A stretch of DNA of 64,000 nt, from the NCBI GenBank assembly GCA_949358305.1, contig OX442314.1:8122001-8186000 (forward strand), read 5' to 3'. The DNA is from Strigamia acuminata (Eukaryota). A program made the translations under genes and the position numbers. A model generated the notes under the pieces. The model saw nothing but the letters and a program-made list of their open reading frames with translations, was not told where the DNA came from and ran no database searches. Below are positions 36,201 through 48,200 of the stretch, piece by piece (the first letter of the stretch is position 1; the number at the start of each line of letters is the position of its first letter).

Positions 36201-39200
36201 TTCCAAGTCTTCTCCACCACAGAAGGAGGGGTAACAAGATGGCTACCCTACGGCGCACCTGCCACTAGTGCCACATGGAAATAAGGTCAACTTTTCCAGC
36301 GTGAGAAACACCATCTCCCCAATCATTACCAAAACATTATCACGTCCACTGTGCAACATTTTTTTTCCAAACAAAAATATACAAAATTAGAGCTCAACCC
36401 AACCTGCGCTCCCAATTGCAATTTACGAGCACCGCAAACGATACCAAACCGACTGCACAAAATTGCACCGAAACCCCGCAATTATCCGCCGCTACTGACC
36501 AAACCCTCTGGCCAATTCAGGCCCAAACCATCCATTCATGCAACCTTTTAATCAAAACGATACAAAACCGCCTCAAAATTCGCCCCAAAATGGCGCCCGC
36601 GACGGGTTCCGCACTGTCGCCAGACCGGATTGTTAAAAAAACTAAAAGATTCGGACTGTCGCGAGATGTAATTGTTAAGAGTTTCAGCCTGTCGCGAGAG
36701 GGGATTGTAATCCGGGCATTTGCGAGAACGTTTCGGACTGTTGGGAGCGGGGATTGTTGTTGGTTTCGGGCTGTAGGGAGCCGGGAGTTTTTGAATGGCG
36801 AAATGGCGATGTTTTTAATGTTTTTTTTTTGTCGTTGATGAGAGGAGGGGTCGTTGTGGATTCCTTGGGAGTTGGATGTTTCTTCCCCCATTTGTTTTTC
36901 CCACGGTTCCATGTCATTAAGTGAAATAATATTTTTAAAAAGGAAATTGGGATTTTTTCTTTCTTTTTTTTTTGTTTGGGTGTAATGGGAATGAAAAATG
37001 ATACTGTCTACTGTGGATTGAATAAAAAAAGGTGGAACGAAACGAAATGTAAGACTTACTTGCAGTCGCCAGGTGTGTCGCAGTAGCCGTGAATGCTGTT
37101 GCAGCCGGGTTTGCACATGGCTGGAATTTAGAGAAATGGAGAAATTAAGCGATTGGTTTGGATTTGCGATTGGTTTTTGAAATATCGATATTGAGACGAT
37201 GTCGGGAGTTCATATGGCGATTTAAAATCGGTAATTGTGGACATAAATATGATATTTCCTATTTAAGTGTTAAATTTACGATTAAATGTCGATTTTCTCG
37301 ATTAAATGTCGATTTTCTCGATTAAATGTCGATTTTCTCGATTAAATGTCGATTTTTTCAATTTTATCGATTAAATGTCGATTTTATCGACTAAATATTG
37401 ATTTTCTTAATCAAAGATGTCGATTTTTCTGATTAAATATCGATTTAATGTCAAATGCTTTTAGATTAAATATCGATATTTTCAATTAAATATCGATGTT
37501 TTCAATTAAATATCGATTTAATGTCAAATGCTTTTAGATTAAATATCGATATTTTTAATTAAATATCGATGTTTTCAATTAAATATCGATATTTTTAATT
37601 AAATATCGATGTTTTCAATTAAATATCGATGTTTTCAATTAAACATCGATATTTTCTATTAAATATCGACATTTTCAATTAAATATCGATATATTCAATT
37701 AATTATCGACATTTTCAATTAAATATCGATATCTTCAATTAAATATCGACATTTTCAATTAAATATCGATTTTTTCCAATTAAACATCGATTTGTTCAAT
37801 TAAATATCGTTTTTTGCCCACGTTGACAGCGATAATATCGATTTGTCTTCACATAAAACCATCAGTAGGCACCACGGGACAAAAAATCGATATTTTTAAC
37901 CCAATTAAAAAACAAAAAAAAAAAATTCAATTACCTTTATCGCAATTGGTTGACATCCAGCCCATCACGCACACTTTGTCCCCATTCGAATCGCACGTAT
38001 AATGTCCGAAAAAATCGTCCCTGGGTCTACAAAACTTCGTGCACGTCGCATTGTAGTAATGCGGATCGCACAGCACCCGCACACGATACGTAAACTGCGC
38101 GACCGGTCCGTTATGCGTCATCGTATGCCAATCGGAACCCGGATTAACAATCCCCTTGAAGATCGTCCGCTCTATCACCGCATCCGAGTCTAAAACACAT
38201 TAAAACAACATAAAAACAACATCCACACAACATCCAAACAACATCCTTACATGGCTGCGTCACATTATTGTGGTCCACCGCTTCCAATATCAACGTCACC
38301 GATCGCTGCAAATAAACAAACATGGCGGTTAATGACGGCGGCCATTTTGCGAGTGAATAAACACAAATGCGTGTTTCATAACATTTTCAAACCGAATTCG
38401 TGAAATAAGAAACTAATTATGTGAATCGTGATGCAAAACGAGGTCAACAGATGCAACGGTCGGGGTCGCCATTGAAATTCCGACCACTTTTTCCACACCG
38501 ACCTCGCCAGCACGAAGCGCCGTTGCAGAGCACGGGCGCCGCGTGTCGCCGTAGCGGGGCGCGCAACACCCGCAGCCGCAGCGGGTTAAAAACGAGGTCG
38601 ATGTCGGCTCACGAGTAATTTTCGAGCTACCTGATCTCTCGTACGCTTCCGGTTGGTGCGGGTAACACCCACTGGAGTGGAGATAGGCAATTTTTGGCTC
38701 GTTTTTTAAGTGTTGGCGAGATTGGGCGCCATTACTGCTGCGGTTTGTTATCGGGTCGGTTCGCCATCTGACGGCCATGTGGCGCGATGCGGAGTTGGAG
38801 TTTGGGGTTCGGGGATTGGGGATCCGCCCCCGTAATCGCTGTAAATCACCGGGACAAGGAGTTGGTTGAGCGGAAAACATTAACGGCGCCAACACTAGTT
38901 TTGCTTATCCTTTAATCTTTCAACTGAGTTGCATGTTGCAAAACACTGGCTGCGAGTTGTTAATGGATTTGTGTAAAGCCTAGGGTTGGAAACGAGGTTA
39001 AAATGGCTTCTTATTTTGTTGTTACGTGTGAATAAATGAATAAATGAATAATTCAGAATAAATTCGGTATTTGTTGATTCTTAGTTGTGTATTGTATTTC
39101 GATATTGGGCGATTTTTAGGTACGGTGTGTAAAGTCAATACTTCTCGATTTTTGGCGATTCGTGTGTTTGGAGACTCGATATTTGACGTTTTTGTGTGTG

Positions 39201-42200
39201 AAAATTGAATTTTTTGGCGATTTTTTTGTAGAAATTGAATTTTTTGACGTTTTTGTGTAAAAATTCAATTTTTTTTGCGATTTTTTTGTAAAAATTTAAT
39301 TTTTTTGCGATTTCTTTGTAAAAATTTATTTTTTTGGGGATTTTTTTGTGAAAATTTAATATTTTGCGTTTTTTTTGTGAAAATTCAATTTTTTGGCGAT
39401 TTTTGTGTATTGAAACTCTATATCCGGCGATTTTTATCAATGAAAAGTCAATATTGAGCAAATTTTTATGCACAAAAAGCCAATAATTTGCAATTTTCCT
39501 GTAGAAAGTCGATATTAACCAATTTATATGTATAAAAAAAAAAATCGATATTTGACGATTCTGTCTACTTAAAACTCGATATTCATCAATTTTACCACCA
39601 AGCTTTATATTTATCGACTTCATCAAGGCAAACTCGATATTTCATCCATTTTAACCCGATATTTCATCCAATTTTATCCAATTTCATCCGTTTTAAGCAC
39701 TTTAACCCGACTTTTCATCCAAATTCATCCCTTTTAGGCACTTAAACTCGACATTTCCCCGATTCAATTCAGTGCGATTATTTCCCTCGCTGCCAACCCT
39801 CAAACCCGTTTTAAAACGATCAACACTACACCACTTTTGCACCTCACTCTCTCTCCCCACACCGCGCTTTCAACCCTCGCTGCTCATCATCTCCAACACC
39901 CACTTCCGGCCGCACATAAATCCCAAAAGCGCATTTCCACGTCAATCACCAACTCGATTGCGCATCAACCAGACACGTGTCCACTCGACAAACCGCCAGC
40001 TGACAACCCCCATCAAGCACGCCATCTCCTCCCCGCTCTTTACTCCACCAGGGGGAGCTGCAACACGACCCCGCAGTGTCCAACCTCAATAATTTTCGTC
40101 GATTGCTCGAGCAAATAAATCTAAACATAGTCCTAATGACCATTAGGCATGTGGTCACTGTCGCACATGGAAGCCATAGGAAGCGCTTCTTGTCCACAGG
40201 ACACTGCACAAGGAATGTTCCTCGACAGAAGGGGTCACGAGCAAGCCGGCGCACGCGTTCTTCAATCACTCAAGAGGATGACAGGTCAAGACGAGCCGGA
40301 AGAGCTGCTTCAACCCTTTCAAGAGGGATGCAAACTTCAAGGGGCTCGTCAAAGAAGTCTTTGATGCGACATGTGCAGTAATCCCTTTAGAAATGCGTCG
40401 TGGCCCCGAAGTCGCCGTTCTGGCATTCAAAGTCTACTGGATTCCTTTTCTGAACCATTAAGTTCTGAAATAACTTCTCTATGAAGAAGAACTCCGTTGG
40501 TTATTGATCTTCAGGGTTGCGCGCTATCGCTCCTTTGAGGTAGTCTAGTTACCGTTACCGTTACGTTACCGTTACATTTTATTAAAGCTTAAAGCTTCAC
40601 ACTTGTGTTCACACTAGACGCAACGCAAGAAAACTGACGCAACGCAAACTTGCGTTCAAGTGGTAGCAGAGGATGGTTATGTTGCTTAAACCAATCACGA
40701 TCGACTCCAACTCTCGTCGATTCACGTCTGGTTGGCGAAACTTTGCCAGGTGCAAACAGACCGCCATTTTCGGATTCTGGAACTAGTTCTAGAGCTAGAT
40801 CCAATTCCAGGTTTCATTGAAACCATCTGATCGACCAGACGCAACATCAATTGTTTCAGCTCTGTTCAGACGCGCCCTTCAGTGTGAACGGACTCTGCGT
40901 TGCGTTTGACTAATTTTTCCATGCGTTGCATTACGTCGCCTCTAGTATGCACACAAGTGTGAACCTAAGCTTACTAGGAGAGCACATGAATAAGATACTC
41001 ATAGATTGTTGCAATATTAAACGTGAAGGATTGTTATATCATGCTGAATGACAGAAAAGCCTATCAGAATCATCTGGTAGCAGACTTTGGGACATTTCAC
41101 AAAGTCCGGATCGTCTTTCTTGCCGTTGCTAAACAATCTTACCACTGATTATTGCAAACAATGCCCCACAAAGATTTTATTGCACTATCTAAATGTTAGA
41201 GTAAGGCGTCTCACTCATGCCTTTCATTATAAATGGCCTAATTTCACTCTCCGCGTGCATTTTTCTACCTTGGGAAGGCGTTGGCTCTTTTATTCATTTA
41301 GCACTAAAAATTATGACAGGAAGCAAGGATTAAAACTGGCGTTAATGGACACGGCAGTCCGTGACTGAGAATTAAGGAACCTTGAAATAAAATAGACTAA
41401 AAGAAGGGACCGCCTGCTGGGGGGCTGTGGAGGAGGTGGGAGAATTGGAGAAAAACCCACGCACCCTTTGCATGTATATATTTCTTGTCACCATCCCTTT
41501 TGAATTAAAAGATGTAGTCTCGCTCGGTGGGCTGTGCGTGGTTTTAATGAGACGCATGCTTCTACGCAGGGGAGATTGGTAACGAGCCATTGATAACAGT
41601 GCCTGCAGTGTATGGGTGGTAACGGGTACAAAAAAATGTGCAATGGGATGGAATTGTCTGGTGGAGTTAGAACTCATGTCGGTTGGTGCTCGACTTCCGA
41701 TGAGAGTTTAGGGTGAGAAAACAGGATAAATGCTTGTTTGGGGATCGTGGTGTTGGTCTGGGAAAAGGTTTGACAAATCCCAAATTGCGGTTAGGGGTGC
41801 CAAGAATGGTTTGGTTACTCAACAATGGCAGTTAAAGAGTTCAAAATCAAATAGATAATGACAGATTCCACTTAGTTTTTGCAGTTTTAAAGCTCTTGTG
41901 AACAAATATCGTTGAAATAGAATTCGCAGTTTTGCATTAATCGTTGGAAAAAACATTGTCGGAAATTAATTTTGTTAGAAAAAACATTGTCAGAAAATAA
42001 TTTTGTTGGAAAAAAGCATTGTTGGATGAGTATTGTTGGAGAAAAAGCTTTGTTGGATGAGTAGTGTTGGATAAAAAGTATTGTTGGATGAGTAATGTTG
42101 GATGAGTATTGTTGAATGAGTATTGTTGGATGAGTATTGTTGGAAAAAAAGCATTGTTGGATGAGTAGTGTTGGATAAAAAGTATTGTTGGATGAGTAAT

Positions 42201-45200
42201 GTTGGATGAGTAATGTTGGATGAGTATTGTTGAATGAGTATTGTTGGATGAGTATTGTTAGAAAAAAAGCATTGTTGGATGAGTATTGTTAGAAAAAGGC
42301 ATTGTTGGATGAGTATTGTTGGAAAAAGGCATTGTTGGATGAGTATTGTTAGAAAAAGGCATTGTTGGATGAGTATTGTTGGAAAAAGGCATTGTTGGAT
42401 GAGTATTGTTGGATGAGCATTGTTGGATGAGTATTGTTGGACGAGTATTGTTGGATAAAAAGCATTGTTGTACGAGCATTGTTTCAACAAGAATTTTTCG
42501 TCAAAATTTATTTTTCAAATGCAATTTCCTAACTAATTCCACAAGTCTTTTAACATTAAATCAAACTCGTAAAAGCAAACATTTACGGGGCTAAAAAAGC
42601 GCTCTCTAAATGCTGATTGGCGTCTGAATTTTTCGCGAGCAGATGCTCGTTCATACTTTGATGCGAAACCATCTGGCCAAGTCATATCGCGACTTCATAC
42701 TTTTCAAAAAATATATACATCGCGTGAGTTGTAGGTCTCCGAATATTTGTTCCAACCCCCATCTTTCACTTCCCGTCACGTGGCAGCCGGATGCAAGTCA
42801 AACGTTGAAATATGCAGCCAATAACAAATCAAACCCCAACTTAAACTCACTTTCCCACCGTCTTCCTCCATTTTAATTCCAAACTCATTTTAATTGTAGA
42901 AATTTAGCTTCCGGAGGCAGATTTTTGTAAACATCATCCAAAAAAAAATTTTCCCCTTCCAGGTCTTGTCAGAATCCTGAATCCAGTTTTCATTGAATTT
43001 TCATGAGCCAGACTTTTTTTCCTTTTAACAAAATTATATATTTATTTATTTATCATTCCAAACAAATGCTAATGGCGCTCCAATTAACTTCCAAGTTAAT
43101 TTATTGGCAAATACCGGATCCGATGTCAAAACGTGTCATAACTCACATGTTGCTAATGAGACTCCGTGGACCATGTGACCAGAAACTAGAACACTGATTG
43201 GTTTACATTAAATATCAACAGGCATTGTTTCTATTAAACAACAAAACACTGATTGATTGTTGTATCATTCAATTTTTCCAATTCCGGATGTCCCAAATTA
43301 ACCACCGTAGAAAATTCTAAATCTTGAATGCATCACCGATAACGATAAATCATAAACATCTTTTAGTCCTAATAGCTATGGCTAATCTGTGGTTATGGTT
43401 GTGTGGGGGTAACTAGATTCCCCTTCCTCATTTCGTTCCTGATGAGCCTCCGTATAATACAGATGAGCAGCACGGAGCGTCTGCTAACCACGTGGCCTCC
43501 ATCTCATCCCAAGCTGCGAATTACACGCAGCACGTGCAGCACATTTTGTGATAATGACCAAACCTTCGTTACTTTACTCAACGCCTAATCAAAAATGGCC
43601 ACCACAACGGTCCTGCATGCAAGCACATATGGGGCGCCACTTTTGTATCTTTGCTTCCAAATACAAAATCACAAGGCCAATTTCTATGCCTAAAACGTTA
43701 TATAACATAGAACACCATGTTAAAACAAATTCTCGTTACAACGAATCGATTTTTTGGATCCCTCGCAATCCGTTATATTTATTTCTATAGTAACAGTAAG
43801 CATTAATCATACACATTTAATCCCTTAAACCCTCCCAAACAACATGGAATCCCGCAAAGCGTATTTCCCTTCCACTTGAGCTGCCATTTTGGAAGTACGG
43901 TAACCTAATTGGCACGACGAGTTTTCGGCTTCTCTTTGCCACCTTCCGAACAAGTCCATCAACGAGTTAATTTCGCAAAGCAAGTGCAACGATCATTGCA
44001 TGCCAGCACGCGGCCCTGGTAACCTTCGTGGCCCCCTCCTTGCCATTCCCATGATCAGCAAGGTCATGCCCATCAGGCCTTCGCTAACGCTATTAATTTG
44101 GACCTTGCCCTCGAGCCAGTTGGCATGGCAACAGGGCCTCTTACCTTACATGTGTGGCGGGGTGGGGTCCTTCAGAGATTCCAGAAGCCAACCAAGCATT
44201 TTTTATTCACCGTGCTAGAACCTGTTGCCGTGTCCTTAGAACAGACGTTTAACAAAGCGCAAGAGAAACCCGGTGCAATGTCCTACGAAAAGGTCGATGT
44301 TTATAGACATGCTCAATACCCTCCACAATTTTATGATAAATAGTGAGAGTTTGTCTGGTAAATACCGTATTTTACCGATTAAGAGTCGCCCTCGAATAGT
44401 AGCCGCGGCTGACACACCCACACCAAGATAACCGTATTTTTGCAAAAGTACGATATTGTTTCCGTATTTAACCTCACGAACGATGAACGTACGCTTTATT
44501 CGTAACAAACGAAAAACCAAAATTGTAATTGCTGACAAAAATGGCAGTCATAATAATTCTCTTACGTTTAAAACAATGATTTGTGTACGCTTTGCCACTG
44601 ATAGTTACAATTACCCGGAGTACTTTTTAAGCATTTATTGTCCTCGGTAGTTGGAAAGTCAATCGTGATTGATTAATCGGCTACCTTGACTTACTTTTAT
44701 TGTTGCCGGCATTGCCTACTTTCTCTTATTTGAGAGATAAGTTTTGCTAGGCCTAAGGTTCACGCTGACAGCAATGTAAGAACAAGGTGCATTGTGGGAG
44801 ACGCATAAAGCAGAAAGAAAGTAAAGCTAGCCGAAGAAACGCCAGAAAAAGAATAACTCAAACAGAGGGCATATTCGATTGATAGTACTAATAATATGAA
44901 AAATATGCGGGAAAGACAGTCGGTTCACGAAGTGGTAGCAGAGGATGGTTTTTACGAGCTGTTTAAATCATCTGTGACTAGGGTTTCGGTTTTCCCGCCC
45001 TTTTCCAATTCCCGGTTTCCGTTACCAAAATGGCAGGTATTCCTGGGAAATTGGTACTCCCAGGAATTAAAATCAAGCGACAAAAAATTGCTAAAAATGG
45101 CCGTTTTTCGTAAAAAAATGGCCAATTTTAGCCACTTTTCGTCAAAAAGGGCCCATTTTAGCCATTTTTTATGGTAAAAATAGCCATTTTCATCATTGAA

Positions 45201-48200
45201 ACATTACAAGTTGCAACGTTTTTTTGACGGAACCAATTATTTTGAAAATTCCCGGTTCCCGGTACCGTGATTTTTTACCGGGTTTCCCGGTACCGAAACC
45301 CTATCTGTGACATTTTTTGCAAGAATTATTGTTATAAACTAGGCTTAACTTGGAAGCGTTAAACTACGTTGCCTAAGCCCTTAGCCTTCCATTTTGCCCA
45401 GCATAACTTAAAGGGCATTGAAACCCTGTGTTGCAATCCGGTGTCTAGTGGTGTCAGGCCCATTTCCTTCCTTTCAACTTGTTTGCAAGTCACTGCCAAA
45501 TACATTTGCAAGTTTCCACTTGGTCGCTCTTGGAGACATAAAACAGTGCACGAAGAATTGGCCAAAGTGCTTTTCATCTAATGACGAGTTGAATCACATT
45601 TTTTTATTTTTTTTTTGCAGGAGTAAAAAGGCAAAGCCACCTTGGAAATGGATCCCATTGCTGAGTCACTGTGACAGCTGGCAATTCCCACGTCAGTCCC
45701 GCAACAGATTCATTCCTTCATCAAATATTCAAATTCTCGACCAACGACACAAACGAACGATCCGCATCATTAATTTGCCCTGTTCATTTCGCACGTACTT
45801 TACACAAGCGTCATTTAATGCACGTGATCGAATCCCACCCAAACAATCTGTCGGGTTCCGTCCTGTCGCTAGAAAAGTTGCAAAAATCAAAGCTAAATTG
45901 CTCAACCTTTCCACATCTGTCTTGTTTTTTGTTCACATCTGTTCGTTTGTTGCGCGACAAAAATAAATTTATGGATAGAGAGAGGACGGTGCCGATGGGT
46001 AAAAATCAAATTGAAAGTGGAGATGTTGCGTGAGCAATCAAACATGAAAATTACAACTTTATTTTGATGACCTGTCATTAAATTGACTCGGATCATCTTT
46101 TATTGGTGGACACATTACATACAGTGTATCTGATTAAGGAGGGGGAAAGAGCCACTTCGAATTGACACGCTCGAATGGCGCGCTGACGCCGTGTAAACAA
46201 GCGCTTTAAAATGTCGCTTAAATTGAATTTAAAAAAAAAAAATTTAATTTTAAAATTTTAATTTATGTCCGATTTAATTTTAATTTAATAAAAAAAATAA
46301 AAATCTGGTCTGAATTTCATTAAAACACACAATTTCTTGCAATTTTTCATTTCTGCCCATTTTAACCTATGGAGTTTAGGCTTATTTTTTTTTTTATAAT
46401 TTTTTTTATTTTTTATTTTGATATCTAAATTTTTCATGGTCCCATACGCCACCTGGTAGCCATCAGTCAAATGTTTATACCCTAATATTAAACTGCGAAT
46501 AAAAATTAATTAATCTCAGCTGCCACGCCGGCGCATGCGCACGCGGGCGCCATTCCATTTGATGTTTGGCAAAAAAATGACATTTATTATTTTTTTATAT
46601 CATTCGTTTGACTCGGATCAAACTGGAAATAGAAATATGGGGTTTTAGTGGGGGTCGAGTTTCATGGGGCGATTTAGAAACAGATTAACACTGTACTCAA
46701 GACCCTCCTCCATATTTGGTAGCTAAATTGCGTTTTATTTCCAGCCCGCTCCATCAAGAACCCCCGAATAAAAAATTATGATTGCTCAATGAATAATTTG
46801 TTCAGTTTATTTGCTTTTGGTCCACGTTTTGGCCGCTTTTTATTTTTATTTTAGTTAATTTCAAATTTTTTGTTTGTTTAGAGTTATTGGTGTTAATATT
46901 TTCTGTTTTCAGGGTTTTTATTGTGAATTTCTGCCTGCTACTATGGTTTTTAATGTTTTTATTAATGTTTTTAATGTTTTTCGTATTTTCAACGTCAATT
47001 TCTGCTTTTTTTTCGTATTTTCAACGTCAATTTCTGCTGTTTTTCGTATTCTCAACGTCAATTTCTGCTGTTTTTCTTATTTTTTCGTGTTTTTATCGTC
47101 AATTTCTGCTGTTTTTCGTGTTTTTATCGTCAATTTCTGCTGTTTTGCGTGTTTTTATCGTCAATTTCTGCTGTTTTTCGTGTTTTTATCGTCAATTTCT
47201 GCTGTTTTTCGTGTTTTTATCGTCAATTTCTGCTGTTTTGCGGGTTTTTATCGTCAATTACTGCTGTTTTTCGTATTATCAACGTCAATTTCTGCTGTTT
47301 TTCTTAATTTTTCGTGTTTTTATCGTCAATTTCTGCTGTTTTTCGTGTTTTATCGTCAATTTCTGCTGTTTTGCGTGTTTTTATCGTCAATTACTGCTGT
47401 TTTTCGTATTATCAACGTCAATTTCTGCTGTTTTTCTTAATTTTTCGTGTTTTTATCGTCAATTTCTGCTGTTTTTCGTGTTTTATCGTCAATTTCTGCT
47501 GTTTTGCGGGTTTTTATCGTCAATTACTGCTGTTTTTCGTATTCTCAACGTCAATTTCTGCTGTTTTTCTTAATTTTTCGTGTTTTTATCGTCAATTTCT
47601 GCTGTTTTTCGTGTTTTTATCGTCAATTTCTGCTGTTTTGCGTGTTTTTATCGTCAATTTCTGCTGTTTTTCGTGTTTTTATCGTCAATTTCTGCTGTTT
47701 TTCGTGTTTTTATCGTCAATTTCTGCTGTTTTTCGTGTTTTTATCGTCAATTTCTGCTGTTTTGCGGGTTTTTATCGTCAATTACTGCTGTTTTTCGTAT
47801 TATCAACGTCAATTTCTGCTGTTTTTCTTAATTTTTCGTGTTTTTATCGTCAATTTCTGCTGTTTTTCGTGTTTTATCGTCAATTTCTGCTGTTTTGCGT
47901 GTTTTTATCGTCAATTTCTGCTGTTTTGCATGTTTTTATCGTCTATTTCTGCTGTTTTTCGTGTTTTTATCGTCAATTTCTGCTGTTTTGCGTGTTTTTA
48001 TCGTCAAATTCTGCAGTTTTTCGTATTTTCAACGTCAATTTCTGCAGTTTATCTTATTTTTTCGTGTTTTTATCGTCAATTTCTGCAGTTTTTCGTGTTT
48101 TCAACGTCAATTTCTGCAGTTTTTCACATTGTTTCGTGTTTTTATCGTCAATTTCCGCAATTTTCAACGTTTTTTAATGTCAACCTGTTAAAAATTCACC

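Noticed and set aside
40100..40540. Possible LINE (CR1/L2-like) 3' coding remnant
   Set aside because: Only a vague resemblance with no diagnostic motif; needs a tBLASTx or Dfam search.
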